This document shows positions 1 to 12,469 of a stretch of 64,000 nt of DNA, piece by piece; position 1 is the first letter of the stretch; every line of letters starts with the position of its first letter. The stretch lies in assembly GCF_036971445.1 (NCBI RefSeq), contig NC_091473.1:57288001-57352000 (forward strand), given 5' to 3'. The translations under genes and the position numbers were made by a program. The notes beneath the pieces were generated by a model that worked only from the letters and a program-made list of their open reading frames with translations, made no database searches and was not told the DNA's origin. Origin of the DNA: Narcine bancroftii. Lineage: Eukaryota.

Positions 1-1320
1 CATCTCTCTGCTTGTTTTGTAGTTGTTCTGCAAATTTCCTTGCTTCCTCTGGATCCGAGAATAGTCTGTTTTGTTGCCCTGGAATAACTATTTTAAGTAC
101 CGCTGGGTACCTTAACATAAACTTATATCCTTTTTTCCATAAGATCGTTTTCGCTGTATTGAACTCTTTCCTCTTCTTCAGGAGTTCAAAACTTATGTCT
201 GGATAGAAAAAAAATTTTTGAACTTTATATTCCAGTGGCTTTTTGTCCTCTCTTACTTTCTTCATTGCTTTCTCCAATATATTTTCTCTTGTTGTATATC
301 TTAAGAACTTCACTAAAATGGATCTTGGTTTTTGCTGCGGTTGTGGCTTCGGGGCTAAAGTTCTATGTGCCCTCTCTATTTCCATTTCTTCCTGTAATTC
401 TGGTCTTCCCAGGACCTTGGGGATCCAATCTTTTATAAATTCTCTCATATTCTTGCCTTCTTCATCTTCCTTAAGGCCCACTATCTTTATATTATTTCTT
501 CTATTATAGTTTTCTATTATATCTATCTTCTGAGCTAACAGCTCCTGTGTCTGTAACTTTTTTATTAGATTCTTCTAATTTCTCTTTTAAGTCTTCTACT
601 TCCATATCTACAAATGTTTCTCGTTTTTCCATATTTTCCACTCTTTTTCCTAACTCTGATATGGCCATTTCCATTTTATTCATTTTTTCTTCTGCGTTCT
701 TAATTCTTCTTTTTATCTCATTAAATTCTTATAATTGCCATTTTTTCACTGACTCCATATATTCTTTAAAAAAAGATACATCCATTGTCTTGCTTTTCTC
801 TTCTTCCACTTCTTTCTGTTCTTCTTCTTCCTCTGGATTGACCATCTGTTGTTTCCTTGTTTTCTTTTTACCCTCTTCTTTCTTGTTGTCGTTATTGTCT
901 GTGTTCTGCACCTGCTGTGTTGCAGGTGTCTCTCTCAGCTGTGGAGATCGACTCCGCAGCTGTTCCCCCCTCCCGACAGTGTGTTTTTTTTCATGCGCGG
1001 TTGCGCACTTTTACTCGGCTCTGCGAGCCATTTTTGTAGTCCCGAGCCCGGGACTTTCACTGACCTGCGGGAGCGGGCTTCTCTCTCTGCGGTGGGCCTC
1101 TTCGTACAGGTAACATTTCTTCTTCTTCCGACGTCTTTCCTTCTTCTTTTCTTCCCGTTGTTTTTGGTTTTTCTTTCTTCGCTGCCATTTTCTCCACACT
1201 TTTACTTTCACTTTGTTTTGGTTTTTAAGTTTGTGCCTTTGCTTTTTCTCTATCTTTTTTTAACTTTTCTGAAGAGGGCTGGAGTTCCGCTACCGGCCAC
1301 TACTCCATCACGTGACTCCT
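1..1320 (-). mobile_element. L1-clade LINE, 5' end (5'UTR and disrupted ORF1), continues left of the window
   Basis: Minus-strand pieces give a coiled coil followed by NRRNNIKIVGLKEDEEG...IERAHR...PRSILVKFLRY...FYPDIS, typical of L1 ORF1p. Stop at ~729 and frameshifts. The 5' end begins AGGAGTCACGTGATGG. Confidence 0.85.
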
Positions 1321-1590
1321 CCTTTCTGCACCATGTGTAAGCTGCATTATCCTCCTATTCTAACCTCACTAGCATGTGGCATGGGTAACTATCCCAAGAT
1401 CACAACCCTGGAGGTCCTTCAACCTTGCACATAACTCCATGAACTCTCTTTGCAGGACCTCCAAAGTCTTCCTACCCACATCATTGGTCACAACATGAAA
1501 CATAACATCCAGCTGCTCACCCTCCCTCTTGCAAATGCCGTGAACTTGATCTGATCAAGGACCCTCCAGGATACTCGATCTCTTCCACAG
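1321..1590 (-). mobile_element. CR1 ORF1 (esterase region) fragment
   Basis: Reverse complement resembles the CR1 ORF1 segment at 36190-36340. Confidence 0.5.
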
Positions 1591-2249
1591 AATCTCTTTT
1601 ATTACATGACAATAAACAAATAGTAGTAGCATAGTGATGTCTGAAAATCATGGCAGCTTGTGCAATATCAGAAGTGAATTCAGGGACAGCATAAAATGAA
1701 CTTCATCAGTTTCAATGTGTGAATTAGCTTGAATTGCTCATGCATTACATACCTTCATCTCAACCTAAAATTCCACATAAAAATGCGAGAAGCTGATGTC
1801 AGGGTAAAATTTCATAGAAAGAACATACAAATACAAAATGATCTCTATAATCGGAACTAGTTGCTCAAGTATCTTCATTCTACTCCCCAAAGACAAACCA
1901 TTCACACTGTGCGATATTACAGCAGTAAATCAACTTCTCCTTGATCAGCTACTTGATTCAAACTAGTTGAGCAAATTTTCCCTTGCCAAGCCATTTTTTT
2001 CCTGAACCAGCAGTTTCACCTATTTTTATTACATCATTTTCCAAGTCTAATGAAGTCAAGTGGCATGATTCATAATTCTGCTTTGAAGTGGAGGACACAA
2101 GTAGCACCAACCAGTGAAATGGAATCACCTTAGCAACTGCAGAACCTCTGGCATATAAAGTCCATGAAGGTCAAGTAGAGATTTCATCATTTATGAACGC
2201 AGTGAAACTGCTCTAGTTCATTAAAGGTTTTTACTTTTCCTCCAATAAA

Positions 2250-3065
2250 ATATGTAGATGATACAACTGTAGTTGGCCTCATCAGCAACAATGATGAGTC
2301 ACATCACAGAGAGGTTGAAAAGTTCGCAAAATTGTGCGAGAAGAACAACACGAATTTCAATGCGGACAAGGCGAAGAAGGTGATTGTCGACTTCAGGAAG
2401 ACAAAAGTCGACCATCCTCTGCTACACATCAAAGGTTCCATTGTGGAAAGAGTTGAAAGCACAAAGTTCCTTGGTGTGAATACAAGAGCTGACCTATCAT
2501 TGACTCACAGCACTTCCTCGTTAGTCAGAAAGGTATAGCAGCACCTATACTTCCGAAGGAAGCTGAAGAGGGTGAAACTACTGCCCTCCCTCGCCAATCT
2601 TCACAACATTTTAAAGGAGCACAACTGAGAGTGTCCTGTTTGGCTGCAACAATGTGTGGTGTGGTATCTGCAAAGCATCAGATCAGAAGTCCATACAAAG
2701 GATCATTAAAACAACTGAGAGATCATTAGAATCTTCCTTTCCTCTATACACTACATTTACAGGGGGTGCTGTCTAAATAGGGCTCAAGGAATAATACAAG
2801 ACCCTTTCCACCAGTTCACAGCATCTTCAATCCACTTCATTAAGGTAGCACAGGAGCATCAATATCAGGGCTGCCAGGTTGGGGATTAGCTTCTTCCAAC
2901 AGTCTCTGAGACTGATGAAGAGTATCCTGTAACAATGATAATCATCTCAAAAATTTATAAAATAAATTAGATTATTTATGTAATCTTTATCTACTGTGTA
3001 TTGTGTGTTCTTGTGCATGCATCATGGTCTGGAAAGACGCTGGTTCGTCACATTGTACATGTATA
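2250..3065 (+). mobile_element. Rex1/Babar-type LINE, 3' fragment
   Basis: YVDDTTVVGLISNNDES...VIVDFRK...VERVESTKFLGV RT C-terminus, decayed. Confidence 0.75.
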
Positions 3066-3164
3066 ATCAAGTAATTACAAACTTGAAATGTTTCAAATCC
3101 TGGTTCATTCTCCCAAAAAAATCCAGGCAAGAAATTGTCACATAGATTGACCATTTTAGGAGAA

Positions 3165-3480
3165 CAAGTTGTGCAATGAGTAAAGTCGCTGCCTCACAGT
3201 GAAGGAGACGTGGTTTCATTCTGACCTTAGTTTTATGACCATGTGGATTCCCTCTGGGTACTCCCATTTCATCCCATAGGCATGCAAGGTGGTAGGTTAA
3301 TTGGTCACTGTAAATTGCCCTTTGTGTGTGGGTCAATGTCAGAATCTGGGGGTGGGGGAGGGGAGATGACAAGAAAATGAGGAGAAAATAAATTCACCAG
3401 TAGTGCAAATGTGTCATTGATGATTGGCATTGACCCAGATAAACCAGGGAACCTGCTTCCACATTGTGACATTCGATGAT
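3165..3480 (+). mobile_element. tRNA-derived SINE (HE1/V-SINE-like)
   Basis: gctgcctcacag head and the conserved tactccc(g)tttc.tcccat...ggttaattggtcactgtaaattgccc core. Confidence 0.55.
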
Positions 3481-4001
3481 TCTCATTATTATTATCATCC
3501 AATTGTACAAGTACAACGGAACCAAAAAGTGTTCTTCAGTCATCAGTGCAATAACAGGCAAGCACATTTATAGACATAGCACACAGATTTACAAGCGATT
3601 TATATACAGTACATATATCTTATTGTTCAATAAATAGTAGAGTCTCAGAGAGTTTTTATGAAGCAGTTCATAAGGGGTTTGTGATACCGTTTTGATATTT
3701 TAAAATGTCAACAAGGAAACTTGGAAAATGCTGTTGAACTGCAAAGATAAAATACCTTGTGGTGTCAGATGCACAATTGAATTTGTAACAAAGTGAGTTA
3801 TGGAGAACTTCCTTTTAGCTCTGATAAAATATCAATCTGAAATATTATGTTGGCTTTTTCAATCCAAAGATGGATTTCTGTTCTATTAATATTAAAATAC
3901 AAAGTATCACAGAATAGTTCTTCTTTTCTTCCCCCCCCCCCCCCCCCATCACCTCCAAATGAGATTCGCTAATTTCCTACACACCAAGGGCAACATCTTA
4001 C

Positions 4002-4137
4002 CTCTCATGACTCAGTGACATATGAACAGGCAATGGAAGCACCACTTTCACCTCTTTCCGTTCTCCAGGACACCCAAGTAGATAGACCAACTGAAGCTCT
4101 TTTGATCCCTTGCAAGTCACATCTTTCCAATTCCTGG
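4002..4137 (-). CDS. TSEN15: TSEN15 coding exon 3
   Basis: ttgtttttgaag acceptor, 136 nt, phase 1 compatible with exon 2: (A)RNWKDVTCKGSKELQLVYLLGCPGERKEVKVVLPLPVHMSLSHE(R), donor GTAAGA. Resembles human [22 protein letters not shown]...VVPTPITASLSHNR. Confidence 0.93.
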
Positions 4138-4650
4138 CTTCAAAAACAAAACAAGGGGATGTGTTAACTACCAAATAAGAACAGGAAACATCTCTTCAAA
4201 AGGGGAAATATTAATAAAATAATTTTCTACTTTTTGTATACAGTACAATCATTAAAATCAGCTGGTGTATTTAAGCTTTCATCGACATTCATACTGCATC
4301 TCAAATCTTGGAAAGGACCTTGCATTGCAACTTAAGTAATTTCACCAGGAGCTATTGCAGTAGGGGTTGAGGGGAGTGGGTTTGAGATTTCTTGCTGCAG
4401 GAATAAAGACAAGTGGCTTCATTACATCATGTAAATTGTATCCATTATATAGCAAAAAGAGTGTTAACAGTGGAGGGAGTGAATATTTCAGACCATGAAT
4501 GGTGATCGTGCATATAGTCCTGTCCTCAGCAATGCAGTTGTACTCAATAAATCCAGCAATCAAGGCAAAGAGAATTCCATCACACTATGCTATACACCCT
4601 TTGAAGAGAGGAAAACATTGGAAAGTCAGTTGGTGAGTCTCATGCCATAG

Positions 4651-4698
4651 AACTGAAGCTCTTTTAATATCTTGTAAGATACATCTTTTCAAATCATG
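4651..4698 (-). pseudogene. Decayed partial duplicate of TSEN15 exon 3 (pseudo-exon)
   Basis: 39/48 ungapped matches to 4089-4136 by eye. The Trp codon TGG has become TGA. Confidence 0.65.
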
Positions 4699-5177
4699 TA
4701 AAAAGTAGGAAATGATTGAACTTAAGATGTGTTACTGTACAATGATCATCTCCTTTACTTTAAAGGTGGCATGTTCATCAATAGTCCATAAGGGTAAAGT
4801 CTAACATTGCAGAAGCTGTAAATACAAACCAAACAGAAAACGCTGGAAGAATTTAGCATGTCAGGTAGTGTCTGTGGATAGTGAGGCAATCAGATTTTTA
4901 GGTCAATGTCCATTCGCCACAACTGGAATAGTGAGAAAGCTTGTGCATTTTGGGAGGCAAAAGCAAGGAAAGGAGGGAACAAAGATGTCAAGCAAACTGC
5001 TGCTTTAAATTCAAATAATTAGATTTTGATACCATCTTGATCAGCTCCTTGGGTTATGTTTTAGTACTGTAATGATTGATAACATTCAAACACTATTTTC
5101 ATGTGAGCTACAAATTCATCAAGAGGAGCTATTCCCAACTATCTTTGAATTCAATGTTATTAAGATTCTTAATAAGG

Positions 5178-5415
5178 GAGGCACGTTTGATGTAGCTTTT
5201 AGCGTAATCCTTTACAGTGCCAGCAATGGGGACTGGGATAGAATCCCATGTTGTCTGTAAGGAATTTGAACGTTCTCCCCGTACCTGCATGGGTTTTCCC
5301 CGGGTGCTCTGGTTTCCTCACACATTTCAAAATGTACTGGTGGTGTAGATTAACAAGAGTAAATTGGGTGGCATGGACTTGTGGGCCGAAATGCTGCATG
5401 TCTAAATTTTTTTTA
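5178..5415 (+). mobile_element. tRNA-derived SINE
   Basis: ggcacg.ttg.tgtagc...ttacagtgccagc head. Related copies at 26555-26730 (+, partial), 28655-28885 (-) and 42776-42945 (+). Confidence 0.7.
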
Positions 5416-5734
5416 AAAATTAATGTGAGGGATGTAGTTATTGCAACAAAAAAAATATGAAGAGCCGCCAGAAGTGAATTCAAGGAAAGTATCCGGTCAG
5501 GACTGAGTAGTACCAGGTCAAGTAGTGAAAACCTGGGCTGACCAGTTTACCAATGTACCATGTTTTTATGCATATAACACACGCATCATATGCATACTTT
5601 ACAAACTGGGGTACCCTCCCCTCTCTCCCCACTGCATTATATGCCCGTACGCACTATACGGGAACATTTTTACATGTTGAAAGAACAACCACAATTATTC
5701 ACGGGCGTGAGAAGTCAAACCAGCAATTTATAGC

Positions 5735-5845
5735 AAGTGTCTGTCCCGCATCGGACTTGTCAGCCACAAACGAGCCTGCAGCTGACGTGGACTTTTACCC
5801 CCTCCATAAATCTTCGTCCGCGAAGCCAAGCCAAAGAAAGAAAGG
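5735..5845 (+). mobile_element. RTE LINE, extreme 3' stub
   Basis: Matches the 3' end of the copy at 50665-52061, including the AAGA-type tail. Confidence 0.9.
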
Positions 5846-5864
5846 AATATTAGTGAATGTGAGA

Positions 5865-6105
5865 AAGCAGCAATGAAAGAATGCACACAATTAATAGGGG
5901 CCGGGGGAAAGACGTGCCAGCAATTTATAATGAGTGTGGGAATATTATAGTGAGTATGAGAATAGCTGCAATGAAAGAATGGGCACAATTTATAGCAGCC
6001 ATAGGAAAGACACAATTTATAGAGAGCATGGGAATATTATAGCGAGCATGGGAATAATAGCAGTACTGAAAGAATGGGCACAATTTATAACGGGTGTGGG
6101 AAATT
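5865..6105. repeat. Degenerate tandem repeat of about 80-100 bp units, about 3 copies
   Basis: Recurring gcaatgaaagaatgggcacaatttata and tgggaatattatag motifs. Confidence 0.65.
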
Positions 6106-7179
6106 TTGATTTTGGGAATATCTTTTTGTACTGAATGCCATGGTATTCCTATAAACAGGACATTCTGGCTAGGGCGCTGCACCTCATCAATAATTGGCCA
6201 GACCCATCCCTGAGGGAGGAATTTAACAAATCAAGTGACTCTGAATTGACACCTCTGGGAGAAGTTAATTGTGGGAGATTATCTGTGGCATGTACTGATA
6301 TATGCTTTGTCTCATGTTCCATTTAAATGCAAATTGATTTTGTCAGTTGGAATTTGGAAAACTATACCTGCGCGTTATATGCGCGTGTGTGCATTACATG
6401 ATATTTTTTTTAAAAACGCAATTTATGATTTTCTGCACATTATGTGCGTGGGTGTGTTACGTGCGTTAAAATATGGTATTCGCAGATAACTTCAATACCT
6501 CACTCTGGCAGGGTGTAGTACCCATCTATTTCACACAATCATACCTATACCCAAGAATGTGGTAATCCTGCCTAAATAGCACTAACTGGCATTAATGCAT
6601 AGTAACGGCTGTTTGAGCAGGTGACATGGATCTGTTTCAATTTGCCCACTGCAGGAACAGGTCTCTGGTAGATGCCATCTCAATGGCTCTATTTAGAGCC
6701 CTGGCCTAGGCTTATGACCTGAGGGGGTGGGGGGGGGGAAGAGTAATTGCCCTCCCAAATTTGGACAAATACGTGGGGAAAATTTGGCCAAAGCAATGGG
6801 AGAGAGAGAAAAAAACAGGCAAAGAAAGCAAAAAGATAAACAAATTAACAATAACAGCAGCCCTACTCCACCAAGCCCCACCCCTGGGCATCTTCAGTGC
6901 TGCAGATCTCACCTCCAACCAGGGCTCTGGACATGGGATGCAGTCTCCTCTGGGAGCTGGCTCGTTGCTGGGCAAAGGCACCCAGCATCAGTGTTTAGGC
7001 CTTGTGACATCAGCACGAATATGCCAGGGCTGGCCTTCATGTGAGATGAGATGCGAGGTGGCCCGGGAGCAGTGCGGACCTCGTGTAAAATATCGGGCGA
7101 GTCAACTCTTCTGCCCCCTTTACCAAAGACCCCATACACCCATAAGCCCTGGAACATCTGGACAGCAAAGACGCATATA

Positions 7180-8085
7180 TCAAAATGCTCTTTATTGATT
7201 ACAGTTCCTTATTCAACACCATCATCCTCTCAAAACTGATCAACAAACTCCAAGACCTGGGGCTCAATACCCCATTGTGCAATTAGATCCTAGATTTCCT
7301 CACCTCCAGACCACAATTAATAAGAACATCTCCTCCACAATCTCCATCAGTTATGAAGTATCATAGGGGTGTGTTCTTGGTCCCTGGCTTTTCACCCATA
7401 ACTGTGTGGCTCAGTACAACTGTAACACCATCTACAAATTTGCTGATAATACCATGGTAATGGGTTGTATTAAAAGGGGATGATGAGTTAGGAGAGGGGA
7501 TGAAAACTTGGCTGAATGGTGTATTATCAACAATCTCGCACTCAAGTCATGTTGTGTATCTTTAGGAGGGGAAAACCAGTGATCATTGGTGAGAGTGAGC
7601 AAATTTAAATTCCTGGGAGTCATCATCTCAAAGGATCTTTCTTGGACTCAACACATGACTGCCATCATGAAGAAAGCACGTCAGCACCTCTACTTTCTCA
7701 GGAGTTTGTGGAGGTTTGATATGACATTGAAAACCTTAGCAAACTTCTACAGATGTATATTGGAAAGTGCGCTGCCCAACTGCATCACAGCCTGATATGG
7801 GGGCACCGAAACCTCTTGAGCAGAAACCCCCGTAAAAGGTCGTGGACACAGCGCAATATATCACAAACAAAACTTTCCCACAATCAAGAAAATCGACATG
7901 GAAGAATGCAGTGGGAAAGCAGCAGAAATCATCAAGGATACACACCACCCAGGACTTACTCTGTTCCCACTGCTGCCATCAGAAAAGATTTACAAGTGCC
8001 ACAAGACTCGTATCATCAGGTTCAGAAACAGTTGCTATCCTTTCTCTATCAGACTCCTAAACAACAAAGTCAATCAGAGACTGCT
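7180..8085 (+). mobile_element. Rex1/Babar-type LINE fragment
   Basis: KFADN, VRVSKFKFLGVIIS.DLSW...KKARQHLYFLR...IIKD..HPG..LF.LLPS...TRF.NS motifs. Confidence 0.8.
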
Positions 8086-8249
8086 CTGCAAAAATGGGCT
8101 AATGAATACGCCCGACCGCCTCGCTCCTAGCCCCTAGCCGTCCTTCACCCCATTGCCCCCAGCTGGCCATCGCACCCCCATTTTTCCCACCCCCCAAATC
8201 TAACTCCCTACGAGCAGGGGTGCAGTGCTGCCAAGCCCAGAGTTCACCA

Positions 8250-8460
8250 GAGCACCGCATCAGTTTGCAGCAATGGCTCAATGCAGGAGCAATGGCTGTC
8301 CTTACCCATAATCCCCCATACTGCTGGAATCATTCTGCTAGAGCCTAGGATATGCAGAGTGGTTCTAGCTGCATGGGGGATTATGGGTAAAGAAGACAGT
8401 CATTGCTCCCACATTGAGCTAGCTGCTGGTGCTTCTCTCCCACCAGGTGCTCGGGGCCAA
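8250..8460. repeat. Long imperfect palindrome, probable MITE core
   Basis: Arms 8276-8338 and 8354-8419 are reverse complements with about 15 nt of loop. Confidence 0.75.
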
Positions 8461-9180
8461 GAGTTCACCTATCTGTGGGGGGGGAGGGGGGGTGGTGGGA
8501 AGGAAGGGGGTGGCGCGATGGGTGACGACCTACCCCCACCTCAAACATCCAGCCTCTGAAATCACTGTAACTCCAGTGTAAACACCCTGCCACTCTGGAG
8601 GTAAGTATGCAAATTTATTACCGGAATTTGTCATTATTTATGTGTAAAAATCATTAAAGTATTACTGGAAGCTTCAGCAGGTCAGACATCTTCAGTCAGT
8701 ATTTCAGGTCTGAACTCTACCAAAACCAGATCTGCTCATCAATGGATGCTGTCTGACCTGTTGAGTTCCTCCAGCAATTCTTTGTTTAAATAGATAAACC
8801 TGGCAGGTAAAGAAAGGATTAACCAGCTCATATTTGTCACAGAATTGTTTCAGTTGTAACATTTATTGGACTGGATAAACACACTGAACTTATTTTAATC
8901 ACACCTTCATTTGCAATCCAATATTTTCAGCTCAGAAACCTCATGTAATTAATTTCATTTTCACTCCCACTGACTGGTACATCTAATACACAACACCTGA
9001 TGCCAATTATAAAATAATCTGTATTATTCCCAACATTGTTAGATTAACTGCAAATAATGATGTTTGCTGTTTACTCTCATCCACCACCCCAACCCCACTT
9101 GAGATGAAACTGTAAAGGTAAAAACAAAAACTACATTTACCATCAGTGACCATACCCGAGCAGAACACTATTTGGCAATG

Positions 9181-9749
9181 CAGGTACTCCCCGACATGCG
9201 ACTTATGTCCATCTGCACGTATGACCAAATTTTTAAAAAAAGAAAATGTATGTGGTTTATGTTGTATTTAATGAACTATAGCAGGGATACCAGGCACGTA
9301 AGAGCCAAAACATGTGTATTTACCTTTTTAGTCGGCATCCCAGGATCCATAGTCTGGCTGCGGACACTTTGATTCCTTTGGTTGGCGTGTGTGCGGTGGT
9401 TCATGTATTGGAGTTCAGTTGCCACATGCGCGAGCATGCAAATTCGATATTGTCAGGGCGCTTAACTCAAGCACATGCACCAATCGAACTCCAATACACG
9501 AACCCACTGCATATGCGCCAACTGAAGGATCGCACACAGGAATCAAGAGGACTACACCCACCCTATGGACTCCTGCACATTTTGGCTCTTATATGCCCTG
9601 TTATAGTTTGTCAAATACAACAGTTGATTAAAAAGTTTGCTTTAAGACTTCAGTATTCTACACGTGCAGGTAAAATTCTGACTTATGTCCATTTGAAGAT
9701 ATGACCGATCCTTTGGTCCTAAATATGGTTGTAAGTCGGGGAGTACCTG
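9181..9749. mobile_element. Tigger/mariner-type MITE
   Basis: Perfect 15-bp TIR caggtactccccgac ... gtcggggagtacctg, with TG/TA flanks. Confidence 0.85.
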
Positions 9750-10199
9750 TATGACAATCAGTTTCAGTATCTTTAGTTGGGATACTGCTCCTTTGAAACC
9801 ACTTAATCACTACAAGTCCTGCTTAAGGATTCTCCTTATAACCCACACTTTTTAATAAATATTTTCTTTGGTTCAGCCTCTTGTATATTTCTGATGAAAT
9901 GCTGCATCATTTTTTTCTACATTCAGAGCTGTCAAACCAAAACTTCTGAGAATTTTTATCATTAAAAGGCATGCTATATGTTAACTTCACTGTGGCTTTA
10001 TTGAATACCTACACCAATCTTCAAAATAAAAATAATGGGCCAAAATATAGTTTCACCATTTTTTAAATCCAAGCCAAATCAATGAGCTGCAAGTCTGTGC
10101 CAATAAGATGGAAGGCATCTGGAGAAGTGATGTGGACTGAATCAATGCTGTTCAAATCAATGCTAATCTGAAATACAAGATTAAAACAAGAATTGTACA

Positions 10200-10805
10200 C
10201 AAATGAAACAAGAAAGTCTGCAGATGCTGTGATTGTAGTAATACACAAAAAAATGCTGGAGAAACTCAACGGGTCCTGCAGCATGCAGAGCCAAAAATAT
10301 ATTAATCAACACTTTGGGCACAAGCTCATTACCAAAAGCAAAAAGCAGGCAGGTGGGGGAGAAGGAAAGCCGGGGGGGGGTGGGGGGGGGGGGGGGGGAA
10401 CCGTAGGCGGTCTTCCTATGTTCCTATGACATGGATACGAGGGCAGGAAAGAAAAATTGAGAATTGATTTGGGGGAGGGGGTCATTCAGTGAATGTAGAG
10501 CTGGAGGAAAGGAGACAAAGTGATAAGGAAAGAGAGAGAGAAAGAGACAAGCTAATGAAAACCGGAGAAGTCTATGTTAATGTCATCTAGTTGGCAGGGG
10601 CCCAGATGGGATGCGAGGTGTTGTTCCTCCAATTTATGAGTGGTCAAAGTCAGGCAGCACATGACACCATAGACAGACATGTCAGCATGAGAATGGGGCA
10701 GGCAATGGGAATGAGGCAAGCAATTGAAATGGGTGGCCACTGGGGGATGTCCACTATTACAGCAGTCAAAGTGAAGGTACTCAACGAAGCCATCTCTCCA
10801 AATTG
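10200..10805 (-). mobile_element. Penelope-like element 3' part (GIY-YIG C-terminus and terminal repeat)
   Basis: FVEYL...PVATHFN..PHSHADMSVYG...KLEEQHL...LG..Q.DDINIDFS. Related fragments at ~13250-13700, 26270-26550, 29150-29300 and 48770-48970. Confidence 0.75.
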
Positions 10806-11148
10806 TACATAATTTGGTCATTATTATCACCAAAAAGATAAAATAGTTGGTTAGCAAATGGAAGTACAAATGAGTTGAAGGTGCAGTTGTGATGCATTGT
10901 TGCATGCAAGTTTTTGCATTAGACTTTGTCTTAACGGAGGTCATTGTTTCATACCTTTGGATTTCAATCTAAAAATCATTCAACAACGCACAACTGGCTT
11001 CTCAGCTGCTGCCTCCATCTCTTCATTTGCATTGCAATCTTTCCCACTTTTTTCATAGATAGCTTTGCTCTGGCCTTTCCTCTGCAGTGGAACAGCGTTG
11101 CATTCTGCGATTGCATGGCACAAAACACTCAGCTACATTCGCATCAAA

Positions 11149-11856
11149 AGTCACTTTCAGGTTGAATTGCCTGGAGAATGTGGCTCCGCAGCAGGCTGAA
11201 AGTGTCTGTGAAAAGATGTTCAGTTGGCAGCACTGAAGGAGGTGTTCTGCCATTTTTAAGGTCTGAAGTGGGTAGAGGGGCCACAGAGCAAACGCCGGCT
11301 TGAGTCTGGGCAGGGGCAGCAGTCTGACAGCTCGCCTCCCCACTGCCTGAAGCCCCCCGGCGTGGGACTACAGGGCTGAGGTGGCTGACGGGGGAGTACA
11401 GGGCTGGGGCGGCCGGTGGAGGAGTACGGAGCTATCCCTGAGAATCTTGACTTATCAAAAGTTCTCACCTTTTAAATTTAGCAGGATTTTGTGCGCATGC
11501 GTAAGCCACGTAGTCCCCCGCCGGCCGCCCCAGCCCTGTAGTGCCACGTAGGGGGAATGTCAGGCAGTGGGGAGGGTAGGTTTCGACAGCAGGGAGGGTA
11601 GGTTTCGGCAGTGTGTCTCCAGCTGACTGTCAACAGCCTGTCCGCTGCAAGGCACCTGAAAGCTGCTAGCAGCTTTGCCTGAACTGCTTTCAGGTGCAAC
11701 GGGGGATTCTTGGAGCAGGATATTATACCTATAGAAGAAGGGCTAGGTAGGTAAATCTCCTGGCTGGGTTCTCCACTTTCAGGTGGCCACCTGACAGCCA
11801 CATAGGAGTACAATAGGCTACTTTACAGTTGGGTATTGTGGCCACCTGAAAGTGGC
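11149..11856. mobile_element. PIF/Harbinger-like MITE
   Basis: Ends agtcactttcaggt ... acctgaaagtggct, with internal repeats of the cacctgaaag motif. A segment shares similarity with 44900-45025. Confidence 0.55.
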
Positions 11857-11986
11857 TAAAAATGAGTGCCTTTTTCAGAAACCAGTCAGGAAGATTCAGA
11901 TGCATCAGTAAATGGAGAGTGAATGCAGACAACTAATACGACTAAAATCTAGTTTAAAAACCAAAATAATTTGGATATATTCTTAC

Positions 11987-12068
11987 CTTCAAGAAGGTCA
12001 AGGAAAACCAGAAATGCAGTATATACTTGTGCACCATCTCCGATGTTTAATGCCATCATCTCTGCATA
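11987..12068 (-). CDS. TSEN15: TSEN15 coding exon 2
   Basis: ttttattttcag acceptor, 82 nt, [27 protein letters not shown]+G, donor GTAAGA. Closely resembles human [27 protein letters not shown] (recalled sequence). Confidence 0.95.
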
Positions 12069-12469
12069 CTGAAAATAAAACCATGATTGAAAAAATCTTA
12101 CACTTCAATCCAGCTTGCGTCATCTCTTTAAAATTTATTTTTTATGAAACAATAGGGGATACAAAAACAAAATATGATCAAAAATGACAATATGAAAAAA
12201 CACATCTGAATGAAATATCAAGATGCACAATTTACCTTCCTGAATTAAAAATCTTCCAGGATGTTGGTCATTCCATAACATAACACCAGGAGATTATAGT
12301 CATACAAATTTGTTTCCAATTCTGCCCAATATAACTGGAAGTATCCTTTTCCATTACATCTGGCTTGCTTTTACTCTAACCACTTCAAACTATCTGGACA
12401 GACATATTCTTTCTGTACTTATGTAATAAATTAACTCCAACCACCTGTATAAGTCTTTAGTAAGAGCAT

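Larger units (their letters stand above)
5557..6478. mobile_element. Tc1/mariner-Tigger-like non-autonomous DNA element with internal tandem repeats and an RTE 3' stub
   Basis: TA-flanked imperfect TIRs (ta-ccatgtttttatgcatataacacac ... gtgtgttacgtgcgttaaaatatgg-ta). Confidence 0.65.

Noticed and set aside
547-1340. Long hydrophobic plus-strand ORFs
   Set aside because: Antisense shadows of the A-rich L1 ORF1 and UTR.
5865-6105. Repeat-spacer-like pattern suggestive of CRISPR
   Set aside because: Degenerate units inside a DNA transposon in a vertebrate genome, with no constant repeat, unique spacers or cas genes.
6695-6928. 10-bp inverted repeat agagccctgg/ccagggctct as a possible MITE
   Set aside because: No clear TSD and ambiguous ends.
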